Positions 50,828 to 62,012 of a stretch of 64,000 nt of DNA are shown here, piece by piece (within the stretch, counting starts at the first letter, position 1; each line of letters starts with the position of its first letter). This stretch comes from Vitrella brassicaformis CCMP3155. Lineage: Eukaryota; Protista; Chromerida. Both the position numbers and the translations under genes were made by a program. The notes under the pieces are model-generated. The model saw only the letters and a list, made by a program, of their open reading frames with translations. It ran no database searches and was not told the origin of the DNA. The stretch is from the NCBI GenBank assembly GCA_001179505.1, contig CDMY01000421.1, positions 1 to 64,000 of the forward strand. Direction: 5' to 3'.

Positions 50828-52839
50828 ATGCTGGCGCACCGCATCAGCAAGAGACTCGCAGGAGTCATCACTGCGACAGCATCTCGCGCGCCCTCCCTCC
50901 CACGCATAGCCCTTCCCCCACACCGGCTGCAGAGGGCCGCCCTGCAGACACAATCACACACACAGACACAGACACAGACGGCCTCTCATCTGCCCTTTCC
51001 CGTCGTCGACGAGCACGCTGCCAGTGGTGGTGGTGTGGGTGTCAGTATCCACCTTGCGAGCGGCGAGTGCCTGGCTCTGCACCCCCAGTGGCTGCGGGAG
51101 CGGTGCCGGTGCGACAAGTGCACCGACCAGCCCAGCAGGCAGCCCGTGGTGGATGTCTTTATGCACAGTGGTGATGGCACAGATGGGACGACTGGTGTTG
51201 CCAACCATCGCCATCCTGTGGACATCCAGGCTGTGGATATTGTGGGCGACGACGGGCGGGCGTTCGATGTGCACTTCACCGATGGCTGCAGGCAGGTATC
51301 GACTTACTGTAAGCAAGATGTGTGTGTGCGTGCGTGCGTCTTCATTGATTCATTCGACGCGTTGCGTTGAATGGATGATGGAGATGGAGTTTCGTGTGTG
51401 TCTATGTGTATGTATGTAGGTGTATGAGGTGGACACCATTCTGGAGGAGGTGGCGGACCCCAAGAACTTCGGCGTGCAGCTGGGCGCGTCAGTCAAACCG
51501 CTCCCCGAGCCAAAGCCATGGCCGCCACACAACGCATCACTCCAACAATACTCTTGCAAAGTAAGCCAACATTTGCGCCGCCCCAATTCCCCCTGTGCCA
51601 CCCATGTCTGTCTGTCTATCTGTCTGTCTGTGTGTGCTGTCCATCCGTCAGGCGATCAGCACAGATGAGTCCGCAATGGCCTCCGCATTGCACGATCTGC
51701 TGGAATCGGGTGTGGTGCTGATCAAGGACGTGCCGACGGTGGAGAACTACTCGCTGAAGCTGTTGAAGCTCATCGGGACGGTGCGGCACACCAACTGGGG
51801 ACCGACCTTCCAGGTGCACACGGGGGTGCCGGGGATTGGCGAGGTGGACGATGCCGGGCAGGCTGACACGGCTTACACTGAGATGGTGAGGATGTGTGTG
51901 GGTGGGTGTTCGTGTCATGTGTGAGGGTGTGGTGTGTGTGATGCAGGCGATCCCGCCGCATGTGGACAACCCCTATCGCAACCCGATGCCGCAGTACCAG
52001 ATACTGCACTGCCTCGTCAACCACTCCGAAGGCGGCGGGAACATACTGGTCCGATTAATCGACCGCTCCCTCCTTCTCACGCCCAACACACCACAAGAAC
52101 ACGGTTGTGGGTGCCTGTCTGTCTGTCAGGTGGATGCGATAGCGGTGGCAGAGGAGATCCGCCGCCAGAGCCCCCGTGCATTCGACCTGCTGGCGTCGAC
52201 CATCGTGCGGTGGGAATATGGGGGCGGCCTCACGCCATACATCCACTTCTCGCCACACATCACTCTCGACTACCGAGGGAGGGTAAGTGGATGAGTGGAC
52301 GAGTGGAGAGAAAACGCCTCTCTCGTTATGTGTGTGGGTGTAGGTGAGCGGGATTGTGTACTCGAACAAGTCGGGAGGTTATGCGCCGCTGATGGCGAGT
52401 GTGGAGACGCAGGAGGCCTTCTACGAGGCCAAGGCGATGCTGGGGCGGCTGCTGATGGACGACAGATTCCACCTCAAACACAGACTGGAGCCGGGCGACA
52501 TGATCATCTTCTCTAACCTACGTACGCGTCGATGGAAGGGTGGATGGGTGGATGAGTGTGTGTGGGGATGGGTGGGGTCAGGTGTGCTGCACGCGCGAGA
52601 GACCATTACAAAGTCGGGAGAAAGATATGTGCAGGTCAGCAAGCGTCGCGGTGCCCTCTCACATGTGTGCATGTGTCAAGTGTGTGCATTGGTCTCTCTC
52701 TGTCTGTCTGTCTGTCTGTCTGTGTGTGTGTGTGTGTGTGTGTGGTATCGTATAGGGTTCTTACATTGACAACGACAGCGTGACGTCGACCTACCTGGGG
52801 CTGGTCCAAGGCACCAAGAAGCTCGATGCCTTACAATGA
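50828..52839 (+). CDS. Gamma-butyrobetaine/trimethyllysine dioxygenase family (TauD-like Fe(II)/2-oxoglutarate), probable mitochondrial presequence
   Basis: Arg/Ser/Ala-rich N-terminus; Zn-site WLRERCRCDKC; iron ligands HVDNPY and LEPGDMIIFSNL|RVLHAR; C-terminal YVQ|GSYIDND. Confidence 0.88.
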
Positions 52840-53255
52840 TAGACACAGTGGCGGGTGGGTGGTGGGAGGCGTTTAGATCGGTCGGGGGTTGGGGGTTGGG
52901 TCTTTTTGCTTACCTGCGTGCGTGCCTGCCTGCCCGCAAGATTGGCATCAGTCAGCATTTGTTGATGGATCCTTCCGTCAGGGTGTGTTGTGTGTCTGCC
53001 TCATCTCATCTCATCTCTCTCTCTATATTTGTGGTTGTGGTGTGGTGTGGTGTGGTGTGTGCCGGTGTGTGGGCTTGGTGTGGTCGGGTTCTGTGCCATA
53101 CGGAAACAGTGACTGGATTTGACCACACTACACCACACAATGCAGCCGAGCCGAGCAATAGAGATGTGAGGAAGGAAGCCAGAAACACACAACTGACTTG
53201 GCTGCCATTCCGTGCTGCAGTGCTGTGTCGTGGTCCGCCTGTGGATCTGGTGTGG

Positions 53256-53315
53256 AACGGTTGCTCACGAGAGTGTGGCCATCTCTCGCCGATGCAGCCG
53301 TCACACACCGCCGGC
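53256..53315 (-). repeat. Dispersed repeat core, copy 3
   Basis: Reverse complement reads GCCGGCGGTGTGTGACGGCTGCATCGGCGAGAGATGGCCACACTCTCGTGAGCAACCGTT. Confidence 0.8.
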
Positions 53316-54894
53316 ACACGACGGAACACGACACACACACACGGCTACATATGTTTGGATGGACACCACGTGGCGTCTTTTTCCGTGATGTCTGTTTAGT
53401 TCAGTATGAGTGGCATTGACCGATCCATTCGTGTCGTTTTGCCCGAGTGTGGGAGGGGAGAGAGAGGAGAGGGATGGGGACGGTGTTCATCGGTCGTGGC
53501 CTGCGTACGATAAACGATGTCATGGCGTTTTGTACGTGGGATGGCGAACGTGTGTGAATGTCTCGTCTCGTCTTAAATCGGTCGGGTGCTTTCGCCTCAC
53601 CCTTCGTGTTTGCCACAATGCAAGTGTCGTGGCCAGGTGACCGACCGGTCACAGATGGCATGGACGTGTCGCAGCAGACACACGAGGGAGGTTCTGCCAA
53701 TTCGTTGCTAACTTCGCTGTTGCCTTTCCTTTTGCCGCACGTCTGCATGTGGATGTGACGTGATGGCCATCTCATCCCCCTCCCTCCCTCCCTCCCTCGC
53801 AGACACACCTGTGGTGCATGTTGCTGTTGAATGGACATGCATATTGATATTGATGTTGATGTATTGGCGAACTGGGCTGGGCTCGATCAGTTTGTTGTCA
53901 TGCGTATGTGTCACATGAGTGACATTCCACACGGTCACGCGGACATCAAGATGACACGCGACGCGTAAACAACAGAGTCCAGGTGACCTGTCACCTGGCA
54001 AGAAAGCTTTGGTGCATCCCTGCAGGCCCCCCCTTGTTGTCTGCATGGCGTGCTCAGAGTTCAAAATCCGATGCACACACGAACATGCAGAGATACACTC
54101 ACACTCACACTCACACATGCACACGATGACCAAGAAGGGCACGTCGCATGAACGGCACACATTCAGTGCACTAATGGATGGCATGGCAGAGGTCACGGGG
54201 TGGCGCCCAGTGGCACCAGGTAGAGTGGCTGTTGTGTTGTGTTGGTCGGCTGTTGGCCGATCGGATGGCTGGGTCGGTCGCGAGACTCACCAGGGAGCGG
54301 CTCAGCGACACACAGACATCCCCTTCTCTCTCTCTCCCTTGCCCATCAGTGGTCGCGGGCGTACGGACGGATCCCAGCTGAGCTGAGCTGAGCTGCTTAA
54401 TGCTGCGGGCGGCTGTCGACTTACGGGCAGTCTGCATGACCATTTGACACACACATGGCACACACACAACCACATACATGTATGTCTCTCTCGGCACGTT
54501 TGGTCTCCTCGTGCATCGGGCATGTGTCGCCAGCGGCTGTGCATACCTACCGTGTTGGTGCGGTGTAGCTGACCGAGAGAGGGAGGAAGGGCTGGCAGCG
54601 GGGAGGCCACCACGTGTCGGGTGGCGGTGCAGTCCTGCGTTTCGTTTATAGTGAGGAGGTCGCTGGCGAACGGACCACTTCACCAGCTCCCGCACTCTCC
54701 TTCCGCCCGATTACTCGCACTCGCGTACTTTCATCGGCAGGCCACTCCCGTGCAGGAATGGTCTGTGACCGGGTGGTTTCTGATCACCGCAGTCGTCTCG
54801 TGCTTCTGCCTCAAGGGAAGAGTTCGGTAGAGGGGGGACAGTGGGGAGAAGGGGCAGGCGAAGAGGGTCAGAATCAGACACGAGTTATCCTCCA

Positions 54895-54968
54895 TCGTTC
54901 ATATGAATATTCTCCATATGAACGACACTTCCCCCTCGCCCCATCCTGGAGATGAGGGGGTGAAGGTG
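54895..54968. other. Tandem hairpins upstream of the phospholipase B-like gene
   Basis: Perfect 11-bp stem TCGTTCATATG/CATATGAACGA (54895-54925) followed by an imperfect stem CACTTCCCCCTC/GAGGGGGTGAAGGTG (54926-54968). Confidence 0.6.
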
Positions 54969-55138
54969 TGGTTTCACGGAATTCCTAGCTCATGATGGAT
55001 CGACGCCAAACTCATTGCAAGAGGAGCTGTGTTGCTGTGGAGCGTTTTACACAACACAACCACGAGCGCGATGCAATATACTGAACAACTCATGAAATGC
55101 GGTTCTGCAGCGGCAGACTGAAGAGCTGTGACCACCCC

Positions 55139-57760
55139 ATGGGCCGCTTTGCCGCACTCGCCTTGATCCTGTGCCTCATCACCGCTCCCAACGGTCTCTT
55201 CCCCTTGGCAGCGTCTGCCTCATCCCTCAGGCCACCCCGCCATCACAGCCATGGCCGGCACTACTCAGCAGCCCACCAACAGCATCTATCGTACCGGCCT
55301 GCAACCAACGAATGGGCGCTTGCACCGAGCAGCAGCGAGGGCCGCGACGGTGACCGTCCTCTCTACGATGTGGATGTGCCCTTTGATCTGTCTTCTTCTG
55401 AGGATGGCATCGACGCTGCCAAGGGCGTGACGGTCATGATGGACACGGAAAACCATCGGCTGACGGTGGAGGAGGGGGTGCCTGACCACCACCATCACCA
55501 CCACCACCACCACCACCACCACCAAATGACCGACGCAGTTGCGTGGGGCCGATATGAAGACGTTCTCGACGACACCGGGTGGACGTTTCTCTACGTTACG
55601 GCCACAGACAGCCCTATGGTCTCTTATGACGTCAGGGCCTACGCCGCCGGCTTCGTCGAAGGCCTCACAACCGCACACCGCATCACTGATTTCCACCACA
55701 ACACGCAGCACATGATCCAGAAAGACCCGCACACCAAGACGGCCCTCGAGAAGGTCAGAAACGCCTTCAAAGACCGGCTGGAATACACCGAAGCGAAGAC
55801 GCATTTCGGGAAGGCCGACATGATGCCGGCGGACCCCTATTGGCAGAACATCCGCTTTGGGCTGTATCAGCTGTGGGGCGTGCTGGACGGCTACAACACG
55901 GTGGCTGGGGCGAGGGAGAAGCCGCGGCTGACGATGATGGACATGCTTCTCATCAACTCGGACGGCAACATGCCGGAACTGCTGCGAATCTACTCCAGCT
56001 ATACCGGGCGTATGCATCAGGACCACCCCACCCCCACGCCCACAGCACCTGAGGGCCATCAGCAGCAGCAGCAGCAGCAGCCGCGGCCCCATGAAGAGCA
56101 TGACGCGACCATCTCCTACTCGCCCTCGGCCAGCGGTCTTGTCAATCTAGCGGCGCTGCAGACCGACACACAGCACCAACACGCTTCCTTCAGCCCAGAG
56201 AGGGCCCACCTGCGGCTCATGGCCAGCCAGAAGGGCAGCAACGCCACAGCGAGACACACAGAAACCGACAGAGGCGGCCTCCTGGATCTGTCGCACCCCT
56301 CTGTGGAGCGGGCGTGGCTGCGTCTGCAGCAGAGGTTTGGGCGGTGCAGTGCACTGGTGCGGCTGCTGCCTGGTAATGCTGACCTTCTGGTGGGGCACAC
56401 CACATGGGCCGACTATTCCGAGATGGTGCGAGTATACAAGTAAGGGAGGAGAGCGAAACGGAATCACACACCACACACGGGATCGCAGTGTGTCTCCTCT
56501 CTCTCCTTGGTCGCTCGCAGGTATTACAACATCCCCTTAGGTCAGAAGGTCACCAGGATGGCTTTCTCCTCCTACCCTGGCTGCATCTCCAGCACAGACG
56601 AGTACTACCAGCTGCAAGACACGGGCCTCGCCGTCATGGAAACCACCATCACCAACCTAAACCAAGACGCACACAACCTCCTGCCGGCCACGAAAACGGG
56701 CAGCAAGGCCTTCGACTTCCTGCATGTGATGGCGGTTAATCGGATGGCCGTCGACTCGGCGCACTGGGCGTCACTCTACATAGAGGACGCCCTGCAGACC
56801 GGCACTTATTCGTCTCAGTGGGTGGTGGTCGACATGAGGGCCTTCAAGCGTGGGAAGCGGCTGAAGGCCGGCACGCTCTGGGTGGCGGAGTGTGTGCCGG
56901 GGGCGTGCCAGATGGAAGACAAGTCTCATGCACTCAACACGGTGAGAGTGAGACACACGCGTGCACAGGGCGTCCATGTAAAGAGGTGTGTGTTTGTGTG
57001 TGCAGACGGGCTTCTTTGCGTCTGTCAACGTGCCCATGTCTGCCACTGTGCGGAGGGCGGCTGGGTACGACGCTGCGGAGGCCGAGTACGGTGTGGTGTA
57101 CTCAGTCGACAACAACCCCCGGCAATTCATCCTAGCAGCAAAAGCCCCACATGCCGCAGACATGGCCGTACGCAGATAGAGAGAGACACCCCCACACCCC
57201 ATCCATCCATCCATCCAGCCATCCATGTATGTCTCTCTGTGTGTGGCGTACAGTCATTCCGCCAGCTGATGCGTCGGAACGAGGCGCCCCACGAGCACCC
57301 GAAGAACAACGGCTACGTCAGCCACCCAGGCCACGCCATATCGGCGAGATTCGATCTCGACCCCACCCTGCCGGTGCCCACGGGCGGCATAGACAGCAAG
57401 GTGGCCAACAAGTGCCTCTTCGACCACATGCAGTCACAAGTAGGCACGCGCGAAGGCACCCTGCAAGGAACCCCCCTCCCCCCACCCACCGCCGTACACA
57501 CGGATGGATCGTCTCTCTTTGTGTGTGTATGTGTGTTCCAGATAATAAGTGGCCCGACCACGGAGGGGAAGGACCTCTCTGCAACACCTCAGTGGCTGTG
57601 GCTGTTCTCATGGAAGAAAGCAGACGGCACGCCCCGCTTCCCCGGCTGGCCGCACGAGGGGCTGCCAAGTGAGTGGCATTTTTCGTGGGCGCAGACATCG
57701 CCCGATGGGTACTCATATGGCAGGTTTAGCCTCAAGGACGAATTGGAGACGTGTGCATAG
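55139..57760 (+). CDS. Phospholipase B-like protein (PLBD/LAMA-like Ntn hydrolase), secreted or lysosomal
   Basis: Signal peptide MGRFAALALILCLITA; WGRYEDVLDDTGWTFLYV, AYAAGFVEG, autocleavage site GR-CSALVRLLP...DLLVGHTTW..YSEMVRVYK|YY, FSSYPGCISSTDEYY, GLAVMETT, FLHVMAVNRMA, GTYSSQWVVVD, GGIDSKV, HEGLP..WHF. Confidence 0.93.
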
Positions 57761-57953
57761 GTGTTACATAGATTGCAATGGCAGACAGACCGTTGATTGA
57801 GAGAGATCGCATCGTTCATGTACATGACGCCGTCAATCAATGAGCTGTACAGTTCACTCACTCACTGCACACATCTGTCTCAACAACCAAAACATCGAAA
57901 GCTCCCCCCCACCCCTCTTATCTTTCTGCTCCATCCATCCATCCATCCGCCTG

Positions 57954-59965
57954 TCATGTCCCATTCTCACTCGCCCCGCCAGCACAAACCTCATCACCAT
58001 CAACACCAGCATCCACATCAAGACGCCGCCGCTTTACCGGGTGGCCCTCCACGCCATTCTCTTTCTGCTGCTGCTCTTCCCCTTCAGCAACACAACCACC
58101 ACCACCACCACCAGCAGGAGCAGCAAATGTGAAAGCGTTGTCTTCAACGATCTCTCTCGCTCGGTAGTACTGGAGGGTGCACGCCGCCTGTGGGAGGGAG
58201 GGGGATATGGCGGAGTACCACTCGGCCAGGTCGAAGACGTCGCATATGTCCCGCGGGGATCGTGTCGCCTGCATGGCCTCGTTCCACTGGAGGTTGCCGT
58301 CTTGTGAGATCATCTGCAGCACCGTGTACTTGATGTTCTGGAAGACATGGCCAAGGGTAATGGCCTGACCACACACACACACACACACACACACACGAGC
58401 CCCATCCATCCATCCATCGATCTCTTTCTCTCTCACCCGTCTAATGTACTTCTGGATGACCTCCAGCCTCGTTGGTGCGTCCGCCTCTTCAGGCAGAAAT
58501 ATGGCCGGATTCCACAGGGCCCCCCTGGCGATCATGAGGGAGTCGGCCCACCCGACCTCCTTCCTGAACTTGTCGGCGCTCCTGCGCGTCATAAAGTCAC
58601 CGTTGGCTATCAAAGGGATGGATAGACTCTCCTTCAGGGGCTGCACTCATTGAATCAATGAGACAGACAGACAACAGACAACGGCACACGAGTGACTATC
58701 TATCTCTTCTGCGTCAGTCAATGGTGGGTGGGGTGGGGAAGGCGCCTACTCGGAAGGAGTCCCATCTGGCGGCGTGGGCGGGGCGTTCGTGCTTCTCCTG
58801 CAAGACCAACAAGAGAGACAACACAACCAACACAATGCCTGCATATGACTCTCATTCTTGATTCCTCCTGGCACCCAGCCACCCACCCACCCTTGCGTGG
58901 ACAGCTATCGCCGCGATGCCGCAGTCCTCGCACGAAAGGGCAAAGTCAATCGTCTGCACCACACAAACGCATCGCATGCATCGCATGACAAACAACAAAC
59001 ACAGGGAAGCACAAGTGAAGAATGGCGAATAGCGCAGCGCACCTTCTGCATGGTGTCGAGCAGTCGGATTTTGCAGGTGACGGGGCAGGGGAGGTTCCTG
59101 CGCAGCGTCTTGAGGATGTCAGTGGCCACCAGAGGAGTGCTCAGCAACGCGGCACCCATGCCGCCCTTCACCCTGATGATTGAATAAGTGGATGGACGAA
59201 CTTTGTGGGCTGGCTCGTGTCGTGTTTGTGGTGTCTTTTGCCTACGAGAAGCTCTTGGGGCATCCCATGTTGACATCCACCGCACAGACGTCCTGCACGA
59301 CCTTCTGTGCCCCGAGCAGCGCCTGAGTGGCGTCAGCAGTGCCTGCAGCATTCTCCCGCACCCTCCCTCTCAAGAGGACGTCGTTCGCCTGCCTCTGCCC
59401 GCGCCATCCCCCTTACCCAGCTGGAAGACGACTTTGCCCCTCTCCTCTCGGTTGGTGCTGAAGACGAAAGTGCCGTCTTTGCGGGATCTGTACTCGACGG
59501 TGTTGTAGGCGTCGTTGTAGGTCCGCACCGTTGACGATATCCTCCTGTCGATGATCTCCTCGCCGTATACCAAATCTGACGCGGCGGCAAAATATGTACA
59601 CACACAGAAATACATGCATGGTGCATGGCGGATGGCTGTGTGGGCGGCTGGCTGGCTGCCAGTGGCTGGCTGGGGAAGCACATCCATTCCATTTTGCACC
59701 TGCGCCGTAAGAGAGGCACTCGAGCCGCATTGCCAGGTTTCCCGCATGCACCTACAGGCAGCATCAAAACATGCATAGCTGGCGTGTGTGTTATTTCGGT
59801 GCGTGTGGTGTGGTGTCAGCAGGTGTGGTGTGGTGTGATGTGGACTACAGGTGACGTCAGCAGCTGTACCATTGGCGCGAGGATGAGCTTTCCCCTGTAG
59901 TCCACATCAGGGTACGTGGCGTGATCTCTGTTGGTCTCGCGAGAGATCACCTCATCATTCTCCAT
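57954..59965 (-). CDS. DUS2: tRNA-dihydrouridine synthase, DUS2/SMM1 type
   Basis: GKLILAPM|VHAGNLAMRLECLSYGA|DLVYGEEIID, VVFQLG, VDVNMGCPKSFS|.KGGMGAALL, PVTCKIRLL, AVHAR, PLIANGD, MIARGALWNP, NIKYTVLQM. Confidence 0.92.
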
Positions 59966-60031
59966 CCTTCCGCTTCACAAACCACGAGAAGGCCCCCATT
60001 TTCCCTTTTGCCTCTTTTTCCCTCTTCCCAC

Positions 60032-60039
60032 TGCGAGCT
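60032..60039 (+). promoter_or_regulatory. TGCGAGCT candidate promoter motif (DUS2/SAR1 divergent promoter)
   Basis: 67 bp from the DUS2 ATG and 197 bp from the SAR1 ATG; a variant GAGCTCGCG lies at 60057-60065. Confidence 0.55.
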
Positions 60040-60235
60040 CAAGTTTCCTCCGAGCTGAGCTCGCGTTGACGTGGAGCGGGAAGGAAAAGAAGAAGGAGAG
60101 AGCCTTCCCCCAAGGGCAGGTTGCTGCTGCGTCAGGGGCACCCACTGATAAGGGTGTCGTCAAGAGTGCTTGTCAGTCATAGGCAGCCCACCCACGGCTG
60201 CGGACAGAGGACATCAGAGAGCGTCAACAGCCACC

Positions 60236-61510
60236 ATGTTTTTAATTAACGTGAGCAGACTGCCCTGAGGGCAGCCGACACACTCACAGACAGAGACGAG
60301 CGCAGAGAGAGGGGCAGATCAATCAAATGAGATGCTTTTGTGTTGGTCTGGTCTGTGTTGGTCTCTCTTGTGGCTGATGATGATGATGATGTGTTGACCT
60401 GACCAGTGGTTCTGGGACGTGTTATCGTATCTTGGTCTGTCGCACAAGAGCGCCAAGATATTGTTTTTGGGTCTGGACAATGCGGGCAAGACGACCCTCC
60501 TGCACATGCTCAAGGACGACCGAATAGCCACTCACGTCCCCACCCTCCACCCACGTACTGACTGCTCTTCCACACACACACGTGCACAACAGGCAGACAA
60601 GAAAGCGGCCCAGCCCAGAGGCGCCTCGGTGATCGATGCTGCTCTTTGCGTGTGTGTGTGTGTGTCGTGTGTGCAGACTCTGAGGAGCTGCTGATCGGCA
60701 AGATTCGGTTCAAGACTTTCGACCTCGGCGGACACGAGACAGGTGGGCAGGGCAGGCGGGCGGCACACACATGGCGGGCGGCATCTCCTCTTGTGTGATG
60801 CACATGTGTGGTGTGGCATGGTGTGGTATGTCAGCTCGTCGCATCTGGAAGGATTACTTTGCGACGGTGGATGCGATAGTGTTCCTGGTGGACGCCACGG
60901 ACCGCACACGATTCAACGAAGCAAGGGAGGAACTCAACGTACGCACCCCCTCGCACGCAGCCACACTCCACAGACACACGGATGATGCCCTGCCTGATGG
61001 GTGGATTGGATGAGTGTGTGTCATGACATGGTTGTGTGGCATCCATCGGTTGGTCAGCAATTGCTGGAGTCTCAGGAGCTGTCAACAGTGCCGTTTGTGG
61101 TGCTGGGCAACAAGATCGACGTCCCCAGCGCCGCGAGCGAAGACGAGCTGCGACAGGCGCTCGGGCTCTACTCACACATGACTTATGGCAGAGACGTACG
61201 GGAGGGAGGGAGGGAAGAGGAGAAAGGAGAAAAGGGCGAAGGGAAAAGACAAACATCACATCGGCATGATGCGTCTTGTCTTTTGTGTTGTGTTGTGTTG
61301 TGTTGTGTGCGCTAACAGAGGAAGGGTGACTCGGGAGTTCGGCCGGTGGAGCTCTTCATGTGCTCCGTCGTCAAGCGCATGGGATATGCTGACGGTATGT
61401 ATGCAGGCAGACTGCTCGCTGACCCGCTGACCAGTGCAGTTCGTGTGTGTTTGCTCCGCGCATTTCGTGTGTGTGCAGCTTTCAGATGGCTGTCGCAATT
61501 TCTGAGCTGA
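60236..61510 (+). CDS. SAR1: COPII small GTPase SAR1
   Basis: MFLIN|[84 protein letters not shown]. Confidence 0.98.
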
Positions 61511-61712
61511 ATGTATGGAGCCCATCCACCCACCGTCCCGCCATCCCACCCACCCACTCACTGTCTCAGACTGACCGACTCACCGAGCAATGAAGTCTCT
61601 GCCTGCCTGCCTGCCTGCCTGCCTGCATGGATGGATGGATGGATGGACGCTGCGACCGGCTTGCCTGCGTGTTTGCTACACACCATACCACACACCACAC
61701 AAACTGGAGGGA

Positions 61713-62012
61713 NNNNNNNNNNNNNNNNNNNNNNNNNNNNNNNNNNNNNNNNNNNNNNNNNNNNNNNNNNNNNNNNNNNNNNNNNNNNNNNNNNNNNNNN
61801 NNNNNNNNNNNNNNNNNNNNNNNNNNNNNNNNNNNNNNNNNNNNNNNNNNNNNNNNNNNNNNNNNNNNNNNNNNNNNNNNNNNNNNNNNNNNNNNNNNNN
61901 NNNNNNNNNNNNNNNNNNNNNNNNNNNNNNNNNNNNNNNNNNNNNNNNNNNNNNNNNNNNNNNNNNNNNNNNNNNNNNNNNNNNNNNNNNNNNNNNNNNN
62001 NNNNNNNNNNNN
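61713..62012. other. Assembly gap (300 N)
   Basis: N run followed by a G run. Confidence 0.99.
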
